Below, in pieces: positions 37,210-50,025 of a stretch of 64,000 bases of DNA; position 1 is the first letter of the stretch; each line of letters opens with the position of its first letter. The stretch is from Heterodontus francisci. Taxonomy: Eukaryota. The DNA is taken from assembly GCF_036365525.1 (NCBI RefSeq), contig NC_090379.1:55181805-55245804 (forward strand), given 5' to 3'. The position numbers were made by a program, and so were the translations under genes. Under the pieces are notes generated by a model. That model did no database searches and was not told the origin of the DNA. It worked only from the letters and a program-made list of their open reading frames with translations.

Positions 37210-37729
37210 CTACCTTTCCGCATTCTCAAGGATATGTACCATGAGGCATGCAAGTCTGTGGTCCAACCCAAAAGCATAAAGCTTACAGCATACAATGGCT
37301 CGACAATAAAGTGCCTGGGTTCCCTGGACCTGGAATGCAGGTACAAAGGATCAACATGGTCTACTCAGATATTCTACATAGTGGATGTGTCAGGACCAGC
37401 AGTAGTAGGGTTGCCGGTGTGCAACGAACTTAACATGGCCACCATCCATGAGCTGACCCAATCACAAGACCACAGCAGTCAAAACAGGTGCACATTGGAT
37501 CGATACAAAACCTCCAGAGGTTATACCCGAACCAGTTTGAAATGGTTAGGAATTTCCACTGGGACGCAGTCCTACATCTTAAAGATGGTATAACGCTGTC
37601 AATTGACCTGCCACAAAAATGCAACATGTACGTTCAAAGAAAGTTGAAGATGGAACTGGGTGGAATGGAAAAATAAGGCATCATTCCACGAGTGCAACAT
37701 CACACGGCCTGGTGCAGTTCCATCACTAC

Positions 37730-38660
37730 TGTCATGGTTCTGTAGGTTTTTTTTCTGGGACTATGCGGTTTGCCTTTAAGGCTTGCAGGATCAGTATTGC
37801 TTTAAGAACCAGCAAGCCTTAGGAGTTGTAGGAAGGTACATTTTCGTTGCCTTAGAAACAGCCATTTGGAAACTGCGATTCAAAGGGTCCATTCTCGATA
37901 CCATGGAAACAGCCACTGGGAGTGAGTCTCATAGGATACATTTGGTACATGTCAGTTTTGAATTGGCTTATTAGTTGAAGACAGTTTGTTCTAACAGACA
38001 CAGACACGAAGACATGAACAGCTGTGATGAGCACACCTGAAAAAGAGCCCTCAAACATTTAAACTGAAGGAATAGGATTTTAGTCTGTTTAATTATTATC
38101 TCTCAAAATTCTAAAAATATCAAGCCAAAACAGAGATCTCTGGTAATTTAAATTGAAGAAAGGGAAGTTAGACTATGACATTCTTTTATCCCTCAAAAAC
38201 TCTAAAGCCAGATTGATTCTGTTGGAAGTGTTTGCAAGTCGTTAATTGTTGAAATTCACAGGAGAAGGAAAGCAACATTCGGTGAGGACTTTGAGCAACA
38301 TTCTGTGAGGACTTCGAGCAACATCCTGTGAGGACTTCAAGCAACATTGGACTGTAAATTTGCAAGGACTCTAATTTTTTCTATTTTAAATGTTGTTTAT
38401 ATCTTCATAGTGTTTAAGAATTTAGTTCTTTTAATTAAAGAGTTAATTTATTGATTTAAAGACACCTGGTTTGGTTAGCCTCATTCGAGGGTTAAATAGA
38501 TGGTACAATTTGGTTGGGTCTTTCTTTAATTTGGAAAGTTTTAAATGATATGTTAGCTGATCTGTGGAGCAACGGGATTGAATTAACAGTGCGTTGGTCC
38601 CACCACAATCAGAATCATATATTTTGACTGGGGGCTTTGACAGGAGCGGTCGGTCGTAAT
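37730..38660 (+). mobile_element. Solo LTR inserted in the Gypsy RT, with internal 23-bp tandem repeat (38271-38348)
   Basis: 3' end resembles the 7993-10057 LTR (gggattgaattaacagtgc...cggtcgtaa); RT resumes KTDG..CLDP after it. Confidence 0.7.
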
Positions 38661-41600
38661 CAAGACAGATGGGTAAATTTGACTATGTTTGGACCCAAGG
38701 AGGCTTAATTTAGAGAGATGCTCTCATAAGAAACCAATGCTCGAAGAGTTAAACCCAACGTTAGCTGGAGCAAAACACTTTTCCAAATTAGTTGCAAAAA
38801 ACAGATATTGTTCCATACACTTGTCAAGAGGGTTGCAAGAGCTAACAATGTTCAGAACTCCCTTTGGCAGGTACTGCTTCCTCCGTTATCATCGTTCAGC
38901 CAGGATATATCTCAACAGCATATGGACCGGGTAGCAGAACAAGTCCTGGCTGTGTGTATTGCGGATGGCATCGCCATAGTAGGACACACAGAAAAAGAAT
39001 ATGACAGAAACCTACACTTGTTAATGGAGCTCTTAGAAATGAGTGTAAGAAAGAGAAATTGATGCTCCATTCCTCCTGAAAGACCTGCCAGAAACCCCTG
39101 TTCCTGCATTTCTCCTGGTTTTCAACAGCAAAGAGTACTCCATCAAGGAAGACCACATAAATTTCTTTGGTGCCATTTACTCAAGTTCAGGTATTTGCCC
39201 AGATCCAAGGAAGATCAAAGACATCCAGTAAATGTCGACAATGCAGGACAAGGACGACCTACAAAGGTTTCTATTCAACTTCCTTGCTGCATACATACCG
39301 AGCTTCTTGGAGAAGGCATCTCTACTAAGAGAACTGGTGAAGAAAGAGACGCCATTCTATGGTAGGATGATCACCAACATGCATTCAGCGTGTTGAAACA
39401 AGCACTGTCAGCCGAATCATGTCTTCAATACTATGACCCTCGGAAGTCAGCAACATTAGAAGTGGACACATCACAGAAAGGTCTCGGTGCATGTCTTCTT
39501 CAAGACGGCAAGCCTGGTGCATTTGTTCCAAAACGTCTATCGGCAGCACAAACAAACTACTGCAATATCGAATGAGAAACTCTCGCTCCTATCTTTGGGA
39601 TCACCAGATTCCACACACATTTATTTGGAAAAGAGTTCACAGTCGAGACAGATCATAAGCCACTGGAGATGATCTGGTGAAAACCCTTCATGAGTGCACC
39701 GCCTCAACTCCAGAGGTTACTCATTAAGATTCGGGATGTCAGATACAAACACAGTAGTCAGATGATCCTATAGAACACTCTAAGTAGACATCCAACTCTG
39801 GGAAGGTGCGAGAAATGCCATTTGACTTCCAGGTAGACGGAGTCTGTACAAGTTTGGAGGATGTCCACAACATAGATCTCAGGTGCTTCGGTCAAAACAA
39901 GAGACAGGAACTCCAGAGAAAGACTTCTCAAGACGCCAAACTCCAAACTCTGTGGCAAATCGTTATAGAGGGTTGGCCTGAGGCCATTCAGGAGATCCCT
40001 ACAGATCTAAGAACGTATTGGCCATACTGCGACAAAATCGGTATATCCAGTGGAGTACTATTCAAAGGATGCTAAGTACTCATCACAGCGACACTTGTCT
40101 GACATACTTGGACATCAAGGGCATATGGGAATAGAAAGAATGAGACAACTCACCCGTGAGTCAGTGTTCTGGCCCGGCATCAGCAAGGACATTGAGCAGA
40201 TTGTGAGATCTTATGATGCGTGTCAGGAACATCAGGCTAGTCAACAAAAAGAGCCTCTCTAACCGCATGACATACCATCATCACCATGGATTAAGATAGC
40301 AACCAATCTGTGCTCTGTGGGCAAAGAAGACTATCTGCTAGTGACTGACTATCACTCCAAATTTCCCATTGTGCAGAAGCTTTGAAGCACATCAAGTACA
40401 CCAGTGGCCAACGCTGTTAGTGCCATCTTTAGTCTTTCTGGTGCCCGGTTAGAATTGGTGTCCAATAACGGCCCACCAGAAAACCATTCCATGATATATG
40501 TGAATGATGGTCCATCTACCATGTCACATCATCATCCCAATATCCTTGATTGAATGGGATGGCTGAACATATGGTCAGGACAGTCAAATCACTGATCAAA
40601 AAGTATTCGGAAACTGGGAAAGATATCCAATTTGCCTTTATTGCATCCTTGTGCAATGCCATTAGATTCCAGATTGCCATCACCTGCTGAGATTCTGTTT
40701 GGTCGACTGGTGAGAACCACACTACCAAGCTATCATCTCACCAAGTCATCCCTGATCACAGACCGGTTACATCAGAAACAAGACAAGATGAAAGAATCAC
40801 ATGACGTGCATGCAGGTGCGGGATTACCACCACTATACGTTGGCCAGAAGGTGAGGGTCCTTCACCTGCAAGAGCAGACATGGATCCCAGCAGAGGTGTC
40901 CAAGGTGTGCAAAGAACCACGTTCGTATGAGGTGACAACATCAAATGGTGCGATACTGCGAAGGAATTGAGCTCATCTCAGGGGACTCTGTGTTAGCCAA
41001 GCACCAGGTGACCGACCAGCATTGCCTACACATACCCGTGTATGTTTTGAAGATGAAGAGACAAGAAGTAAGACACCGACAACTGAGGACAATCCTCCCA
41101 AAAACAATCTTCAGGAAAAGAGGACTGATAGTTCCAGAACACGCCCACATGTCATTGTCACAAGGTCTGGTCAAGTCAGCTGATGACCAGTATGGTTCTA
41201 AATGTACACGGCACCTTGAAGAGGAGTGTTCCAAATGTTCTTGTTGCAGTTGAATGTTTTATGTACATAGTGTTATAGTTGTCAAATTTCCTCTATCTCT
41301 TAAGAATTGCTTATTCATATACATATTTATGTTATACTATATGGGGTTGTCATTTAAGGGAAGGGGGAAGTTGTGATAGTGTATTTGTTAGTATGTTAAA
41401 TATAATCATTTAAATATATGTTTATCCTAATATGTGTCATCACAGGAAGCGATTCAATATCACATGATTCAATTCTGTTGCAGAGTTAGCATGTGTAAGA
41501 TGAAGCAACAACAAGTCTCCATTAAAGCTCTGCATTCAAACCTTTATGCCTACCCTTCAGCTTTGTTTGTTAGTTGAAAAGAGATAATACAATAAACTGT

Positions 41601-42291
41601 GTGCTAATTGGCTACAGTTTCTCCCTACATTACAACAGTTGCACTTCAAAAGAACTTAATTGGCTGTAAAGCACTTTGGAACGTCCTGAGATCATTCAAG
41701 GCGCTATATAAAAGCAACTTATTTCTTTAATTAAACCTCGTAACCTTCCTTCTACCCCTTTCCATCACCACTGTGTTAGGTTGCACCAGACCATTTGTAA
41801 CCTATTTGACCTTTAGCTGGGCTTCCAACCCCATATCCTTTCTACCACAAAGAATGCCTACTTCAAACTCTGTAACATTACTCATCCCTGTTCCTCCTCG
41901 ATCCATCAACTGCTAAAACTCTCATATATGCCTTTGCCAACTCCAAACTCGACTGTTCCAATGTGTCCCTGCTTAGCCTTCCATTCTCCACACCCTATAC
42001 AATTCAGATCATGTAAAACTGCTTCCTGTATCCTAACCCACAGAAAGTGACACTCACCAATCACCCCTGGGCTCACAGACCTACAGAGACTCCCAGTCTC
42101 AAATTTAAAATTCTCATCCTTGTGCTTAAATCTGTTTATGGCCATGTCACCTTTCTATTTCTGTAACCCGACAACCCTCAATGTTTCTCTAACTCTGCTC
42201 TCTTGTGCATCCCCTAATCCCTTCATCCCACTATTTGTGGCATGCCTTCAGTCTTCTGGTCCCTAAACTCTGGGATTACCTCTGAACTCAA

Positions 42292-43795
42292 GAAGTGAGG
42301 TAAGAGTGACTGCTCTTGATATCAAGGCAGCATTTGACCGAGTATGGCATCAAGGAACCCTAGCAAAACTGGAGTCAATGGGAATTAGGGACAAAACTGT
42401 CTGCTGATTGGAATCATACCTAGTGCAAAGGAAGATTGTTGTGGTTGTTGGGGGTCAATCATCTCAGCTCCAGGACATCAATGCAGGAGTTCCTCAGGGT
42501 AGTGTCCTAGGCCCAACCATCTTCAGCTGCTTCATCAATGACCTTCCTTTAATCATAAGGTCAGATGTGGGGGTGTTCGCTGATGATTGCACAATGTTTA
42601 GCACCATTTGCAATTCCTCAGATGCTGAAGTAGTCCATGTAGAAATGCAGCAAGACCCGGACAATATCAAGGCTCGGGCTGATAAGTGGCAAGTAACTTT
42701 CGCACCACACAAGTGCCAGGCAATGACCATCTCCAACAAGAGAGAATCTAAACATCTCTCGTTGACATTCAATGGCATTACCATTGCTGAATCCCCCACT
42801 ATCATCATCCTGGAGGTTACCATTCACCAGAAACTGAACTGGAGTAGCCATATAAATACTGTGGCTACGAGAGCAGGTCAGAAGCTAGGAATCCTGCAGT
42901 GAGTAACTCACCTCCTGACTCCCCAAAGCCTGTCCACCATTTACAAGGCACGGTTAGCACCGCAGCCTCACAGCTCCAGCGACCCGGGTTCAATTCTGGG
43001 TACTGCCTGTGTGGAGTTTGCAAGTTCTCCCTGTGTCTGCGTGGGTTTTCGCCGGGTACTCTGGTTTCCTCCCACCACCAAAAGACTTGCAGGTTGATAG
43101 GTAAATTGGTCATTATAAATTGCCCCTGGTATAGGTAGGTGGTAGGAGAATATAGGGACAGGTGGGGATGTGGTAGGAATATGGGATTAGTGTAGGATTA
43201 GTATAAATGGGTGGTTGATGGTCGGCACAGACTCAGTGGGCCGAAGGGCCTGTTTCAGTGCTGTATCTCTAAATAAAAGTAAGGAGTGTGATGGAATACT
43301 CTCCACTTGCCTGGATGGGTGCAGCTCCAACAACACTCAAGAAGCTCGACACCATCCAGGACAAGGCAGCCCGCTTGATTGACACCCTGTCCATAAACAA
43401 TCACTCCCTCCACCACCAACGCACAGTGACAGCAGTGTGTACCATCTATAAGATGCACTGCAGCAACGCACCAAAGCTACTCAGGCAGCACCTTCCAAAC
43501 CCACGACCTCTACCACCTCAAAGGACAAGGGCAGCAGATGCTTGGAAACTCTACCACCTGCAAATTCCCCTCCAAGCCACGCACCATCCTGACTTGGAAC
43601 TCTATCGCTGTTTCCGCTGTCGCGGGGTCAAAATCCTGAAACTCCCTTCCTAATAACATCACAGGTGTACCTACCCCACATGGACTGCAGCGATTCAAGA
43701 AGGCAGCTCACCACCACCTTCTCATGGGCAATTAAGGATGGGCAATAAATGCTGGCTAGCCAACGATGCCCACATCCCATGAAACAAATAAAAAC
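42292..43795 (+). mobile_element. CR1-clade family B LINE RT/3' fragment
   Basis: LDIKAAFDRVWH, GVPQGSVLGPTIFSCFINDL and FADDC motifs; tail as at 1-203. Confidence 0.9.
42947..43277 (+). mobile_element. HE1-like V-SINE
   Basis: B box gggttcaattc; V core tgtgtggagtttgca.gttctccc.gtgtctgcgtgggttt; HER1-like tail gggccgaagggcctgtttc. Confidence 0.88.
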
Positions 43796-44264
43796 TTCTT
43801 TGCCTCTTCACCTCCTTCTCCTACTTTAAGACTGTCCTTAAAACCCACCTCTTAGACCATGCTTTTAATTACTGCTCCGACTATCTTCTTCTTTGGCACT
43901 CCGTTGATTTTTTTGTCTGATTATACTTCTGTGAAATGGCTTGGGGCATTTTTCTATGTTAAAGGCGCTATATAAATGTACGTGTTTGCTGTTCTTGTTA
44001 TTTGACCTCCCAAAGATTTGAGCCTTTGTACACATTGTCCTTAATTGTGTTAATTTGACTTCCGACAGCATTATTGGCAGCAGTGGTTTCCCAGTGGCAA
44101 TCCTCCAAGCTGCCATGTTCAGAAGGAGAGGAGGACCTTCATCAATGTTCAGCAGGTATGATACAGTTTTTCACATATAATAAATCATGAATGAGTCCCT
44201 TGTTTTAAAACAGTCAGCAGTGGGCATTATCTGAAGCAAAGGATTCCAGAAAATTATATGATAA

Positions 44265-45178
44265 TGTTATGACCAGGTGTCTAGGGGTCTTTTACTGTCT
44301 TCACCTGGTCTTATTGTAACAGGGTTTAATTTTAAACATATTGTATATTGAGCTCCCCTTTTGTGAATCCATATTCACAGTTTTCCAATTATAAGGCAAA
44401 GAAATGAGCACACCAGCTTTTCTTTAGGTTTAAAGAAGAAAAGTGAAATTTATTAAACCTTAAACTTAAACTCTAATACGGTTAACACCTATGGATATAT
44501 GACGCGCCCACACTAGCATGCACACTTGAGACACACATGCAAATAGGAACAGAAAAGAGCAGAAGAAAATATAGTAGAGAGGTTTGAGGCAGTCTCTCAA
44601 GGGGATTTCTTGTTACTGTTTCTGTGTTTCCAGTTCACCGTAGAGTACTTGATTGTAGACAGCTCTTACTTTTCGTTGGGGCCCAGTATTCTTCTTAAAC
44701 CTTGTTCACTGTAGGAGACTTTTCTCTCTTGGTGTTCATATGTCTTCAATGGTTTCTGAAGCTGCTTAGAGCAAGATGACAGCAGACAGGAGAAAGGTGT
44801 TCTCAGTCCAGGAGAAAACAGCCTTCTGAGTTTCAAACACTCTGTGGCAAGTTCAAAATTCAAAAAACCAACAGCTAGCCAGTCATGTGACTAAACTGGT
44901 CTGACCACTTCTTCTGTGTATTCGGCCATCTTAGGTGTTAGCCTGGAATGCTAGCCTTTCCACCTTCAACGTCTGGTAATCAAAGTCCACTGTGGATTAA
45001 ATTGGAGCAGGGAATAGCCCTTTTGTTCTTTGAAGTACTGTCTGTGGATATGCTAATGTCTCCAGCCAAAGTCGCCAATTGTTTTTTTAAAGCAAGTTCT
45101 TTCTTCACCAACAACTGTTTAAAATTAATGTTCCTGTGGCAAAATTAATTTTCTTCATTCTTGGCAGGTTGTCTGACA
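44265..45178. mobile_element. Solo LTR
   Basis: TGTTATGA...TGACA termini; 4-bp TSD ATAA at 44261-44264 and 45179-45182. Confidence 0.8.
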
Positions 45179-46371
45179 ATAAACAGAGAAAACAGGTAAG
45201 GATGGAAGCAATCCAAACTTCTTGCTTTAATGAGCCAAAACACACGCAAAAATATCTCGGTCAAGAACCCTACAAATAATTTTGTGCAGATTATTTTTGA
45301 TATAGTTAACTGGCAGAGGGAGATGGTTGTAATTATAGTCCAAATTGAAGCTGTTGTTTTCTTTGGACATTTATGTTGAAACACTGCCCAGGATTAGAAT
45401 AAGCTTTTCCCTTTGCTTTTGTGATCAGTGTTGGCTGTACAGATTTCCTGAATGATAGAACTTAACAACTGTTTATCACTTCATTTCATAGGCTTATCTC
45501 CAGAATCAAGTGTTTTCAATGCATTGAAATAATTTGATGAAAGTTACATGTGATGAAATTCCCATTGCAGGAAAGGTTGTCAGCTGCCAACAAACTGAAA
45601 CTGCTGTTATTTTACAAATAAATTTGTCCGGAACTGTTTACTATCCGCAGCTTTATCCCTTTATTTGTGTTAGTTGCATTTACAGATATCCTGGAGATGT
45701 AAATTCCAAGAAGTTTTCAAAAGTTATTAGAATTACATTTTTAAAAAGAGTTTATAGTATTTGACAAGTTCAATCTAAATGGAACCTCACTGGAACCAAA
45801 TTAGTTAAATATCCTTTATAATATATAGCTCATTTATATTTACCAAAAGAGGCAATCCACACCACCAAAGGTGATGATTTCAACCTGCACCTCAAACAGC
45901 AGTACCACCTTTGACAGCAGCCTGACATCAGAGCTGTTTCGGCTACCAAGAGCTGAATGGTGAAACTACTGCATGTAGGCCAGTAGTTTTACTTTGTTGG
46001 ATTTTGCAGACTTGTTTCAACTGTTGGGGAATTAATTTATTAATCAATACATGTGTAAAGTATCTGAAAAAAAATCAGAAAAATCAGAACCCTGAAGAAT
46101 GCACAATGTTAGTTCACTGGTATCAATGCACCATGGAGCAGTAAAATTGCAGTTTCCTGTGACCCCGCTTCCATCCCCTGCACACATATGTTCCACATGG
46201 ACATAGACACACACAAACTGAGATTAAAATCCTTGGTGGCCTGATTGAAAAGACCTACAGTTTCAGAGAAGGGAAAATAGGATAGTGCGTCAACCCATAC
46301 TACTTTCAGGCACATCCTACTGGATTGACTAAGGCCACAGAGTAGAGTGTTTGTCTAAACTATTAACTAAA

Positions 46372-46750
46372 AGAAAACTTGCATTTATATAGTGCTTTTC
46401 ACAACCACCAGATGTCACAAAGTGCTTTACAACCAATAAAGTACTTTTTGAGACATAGTCACTGTTGTAATGTAAGAAACGCGGCAGCCAATGTGCCCAC
46501 AGCAAACTCCCACAAACAGCAATGTGATATTGACCAGGTAATTTTTTTTTGTGATTTGATTGAGAGATAAATATTGGCCAAGACACCAGGGATAACTCCC
46601 CTGCTGTTTTACATTCACCCGGTCAGGCAGATGGGGCCTTGGTTTAACATCTCATTTGAAAGACGCCACCTCTGACACTGCAGCGCTCACTGCACTGGAG
46701 TGTCAACCTAGATTTTTGTGCTCAGGTCCTGGAGTGAGACTTGAACTGGG
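46372..46750 (-). mobile_element. Deu-domain tRNA SINE
   Basis: Reverse-strand relative of the 34835 SINE (gataaatattggccaagacacc; gacttgaac). Confidence 0.75.
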
Positions 46751-47006
46751 GGAATGATGGATCATTTGAGAGTATCTAAATGATGTGATTTTTCCCTATG
46801 AGACAATTGTATTCAGAGAAAACAATTAAATATAAATAGAGGATAACTTTTAAATAGCCCTGATAGTGGCATACAAGCATAGTGCTGCTGCAGATCAATG
46901 CCACAGCTTAATAGATAGTTCATGAAAAATTAACCACCCACTTCTCTTACGAGAATTACTTTTGAATCCATTTTCTCCATATATCTTCTATGGATGGTGA
47001 CTCAGT

Positions 47007-47690
47007 GGGCTGAATTTTCCCACCAGGTAAGAAGTCCCACTGCAGGTCCAAAAGCGGAAACCAACCCTGCGCCAGCAGGCGGTGGGAACCTGAGCGGCAT
47101 TTTGCCAACAGTGGCCAATTAAGAGGGAGCTGCCAGGACCACCATCCAACTGAGGATGGCAGCCTGCCTCCCAGAGCTGCTGGCCCAATCAACGAACTAG
47201 CAGCTCGACAGCTTCGGCAGTGCAACCATTAGAGATGGCCACCGGTGAGGCCGCAGGAAGGAGAGGGCGCCTCCATGCTGAAGCGTCCTTGAAGACAGGT
47301 AAGCTTTTTTCTTACCGTGCCTGGGCCGGGCAGGCAGCCCCAGCAATCAGCGCGGCGGCACCTTCCAGCAGCAACGACATAGCCACGAGGGCAGCCATTG
47401 CTGCCAGGGGCGCCCTCTGTGGGCCATGGAGCAGCCATAAAGAAGGGCCCCTCCCCAGGAACCTACTGGGAGGCTGTCAGGATGTACCTGGCGTGGTTTC
47501 CACAGGGACGCAGTCCCTCCTGATGAAGGTAAAATGCCAGTGGGGCAGGAGGTAGCCCTTAACTGGGCACTTAATTGGCTGTGCCGCTGAGGTACCCATG
47601 ATGGTAATGTGCCATGGCAGCAGGAACATGGCAGGATCCCCTTCTGATGCCTTCCGCTGCTATTTTACCAGCTCTCCTGACTCCCAGTAC
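47007..47690. mobile_element. Harbinger-type MITE with decayed right end
   Basis: Left TIR gggctgaattttc; internal similarity to 54722-55450. Confidence 0.6.
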
Positions 47691-48074
47691 ATCTCCTGTG
47701 ATCAATCTTCATATGTGAGTCTAGATACTTCATAACTGAGCCAAATTCTGTGCTCACTCAGCATCCATGCATGTACACGTTTTAGAATACACCCAAGAAT
47801 GGAACCTGATTTCCCTAAGCCAGTAACATTGTAGTCAATTGCAACACTGAGGTCAGCTAACCTAATACAGACCAGGAATAAAACGTGAAATCTCTCTTGT
47901 GTACAATTCACTATAAAACCATGGGCATTTATCTGCTGATGTTCATTTTTACCAAATGTATTTCATTGTTATGTGTCTCAACCAGCTTATTCCTGATCAG
48001 ACCTTTTGGAATATACTGAAACCCACATTAAATATATAAATTGGACTGGATGGAGCTGTGGATTAGTTTGCATT

Positions 48075-48526
48075 GTCTGTGCTCACTGGCCTACATTTGT
48101 CGCCAGTTAAGCAATGTCTCAATTTTAAAATTCTCATCCTTGTATTCAAATCCCTCCGTGGCCTCACTCCTCCCTATCTGTGCCACCTCCTCCAGCCCTA
48201 CAACTCTCTAAGATCGCTGAACTCCTCCATTTATGACCTTGTGTGCATCCCCATTTTTTCCCCTCCATCATTGGTGGCCTTGCCTTCAGCTGTCTAGGCC
48301 TTAAGCTCTGGAATTCCCTCCCTACACCTCGCCACCTTTCTACCTCACTTTCCTCCTTTAATACACTCCTTAAAATTAATCTCTTTGACCAAGCTGTTGG
48401 TCATCTGCCCTAATATCTTGTTATGTGGCTCTAAGTGTCAAATTTTGCTTTATAACACTCACGTGGAGCACTTTGAGACATTTTATTATGATAAAGCTGC
48501 TTTATAAGTACAAGTCATTGTTGTTG
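48075..48526 (+). mobile_element. L2 LINE 3' fragment
   Basis: LNFKILILVFKSLRGLTPPYL; LWNSLP; (ttg)n tail. Confidence 0.85.
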
Positions 48527-50025
48527 CAACGGCGTAGAAAGGAGGCTGAGATCCATTTATTCTGCCACATTTGTGCATGACACGCATTTCAAGAAGCTTA
48601 TATGAAACAGAACAGGGGAGAGGTCATAATAATATGGTAATAAGAAAGTGAGATAATTACACCTTCAGTGCCATTTTATGGCCATCAACATTGGATCTGT
48701 GAAAGGTACCAATCCTGCCCGTATCTAAAGGACGTACAGATTTTCCAGCTGCTGAACTGTATAAGGCAGTAAGTTTATTAGGCCTGGTGATTCATTTAAC
48801 AGATTTATTTCTTTATCTGCACATTGTACATTCTATTTTTAATTTTGTTGGATGTGCGTTCCCATGCGCCTTTGTGCCAATTGGTGTAGTTTTTTCTCCC
48901 CCAGCCTCATGATTGGTGCCAATGAGTTTCTCAATGAGAATCTTCCTATTTGACATACTTAAAGGAAGAGGAGGACTAACAGACAGATGCCAAGCAGGAC
49001 AGGCCATATGATAAATGTTCTCTTCCCACTCAACAGTACCCTCACTATCCACATTTTCAACAGAGACAACCAGACCTTGCTTTGGCAGATGATTATTGTA
49101 TTCAAGTGGGGCGAGTTAAAAGGAAAATAGTGGTAGTAGGGGACAGTATAGTCAGGGGGAGAGGCACTGTTCTCTGCAGCCAAGAGTGCGAGTCCAGAAG
49201 GCTCTGTTGCCTGCCGGTGCCAGGGTTCAGGACATCTGCTCAGGGCTGGAACTTGCAGTGGGAGAGGGAGGATCCAGTGGTCGTGGTCCACGTAGGTACC
49301 AATGACAGCAAAAGGACTAGTAAAGAGGTTCCTCATAGGGTTTATGAAGAGCTAGGCACTAAATTAAAATGCAGAACCTCAAAGGTAATAATGTCTGGAT
49401 TATTACCTGAGCCACGTGCAAATTGGCATAGGGTAAATAAGAATAGAGAGATGAATGCATGGCTCAAAGACTGGTGTGGGAGAAGTGGGCTCCAGTTTAT
49501 GGGGCACTGGTACCAGGACTGGGGAAAGTGGAGGCTGTACCGTTAGGACGGACTTCACCTTAACCAGTGTTCTAGCAGGTGAAAGGATCATGTAGGGGAA
49601 AATTGAGTAAATTAAAGGGAAATGACAAGGCAATAGATCAAGGTAGCAACAAAGGTAATGATGATCAAAATATGGCAGGAAGGGACAGTGACTGCAAACT
49701 TAACAGTGTGCCAACAAATAGGGTCAGAGTTTACAAAAACAGTAAAAAAAAACTGAATTAAGGGCTCCGTATCTGAATGCCCATAGTATTCACAATAAAA
49801 CAGATGAATTGTCAACTCAAATAGAAATTCATATGTATGACCTGATAGCCATTACAGAGACTTGGCTACAGGGAAACCAAAGCTGGGGCCTGAATATTCA
49901 AGGGTACATGACATTAAGGAAGGACAGGAAGCAGGGAAAAGGTGGTGGGGTAACTCTGTTAATTAAAGAGGGCATTAGTACTGTAGTGAGACATGACCTT
50001 AGTTCTAAAGATCAAGATGTAGAAT

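Larger units (their letters stand above)
35148..41594 (+). mobile_element. Decayed full-length Gypsy LTR retrotransposon
   Basis: LTRs at 35148-35374 and 41369-41594; TSD AACT; PBS tggtggcagcggt (tRNA-Leu-like); PPT aagggaaggggga; gag, PR, RT (TMFRTPFGRY), RH (LEVDTSQKGLGACL) and INT (GHMGIE, SPAEILFGR) remnants in Gypsy order. Confidence 0.92.
34835..41728 (+). mobile_element. Deu-domain tRNA SINE split by the Gypsy element (34835-35147 and 41595-41728)
   Basis: agctcagtggtagc / ggttcaagtccc boxes; gtcctggccaacatttatccc core; L2-like tail ggcgctatata. Confidence 0.75.
41760..44000 (+). mobile_element. L2 LINE 3' fragment split by a family B LINE
   Basis: tttaaaattctcatccttgtg and aaggcgctatataaat tail; same family as 48075-48526. 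Confidence 0.7.

Noticed and set aside
38271-38348. 23-bp repeats as a CRISPR-like array
   Set aside because: Contiguous tandem units with no spacers, inside an LTR in eukaryotic DNA
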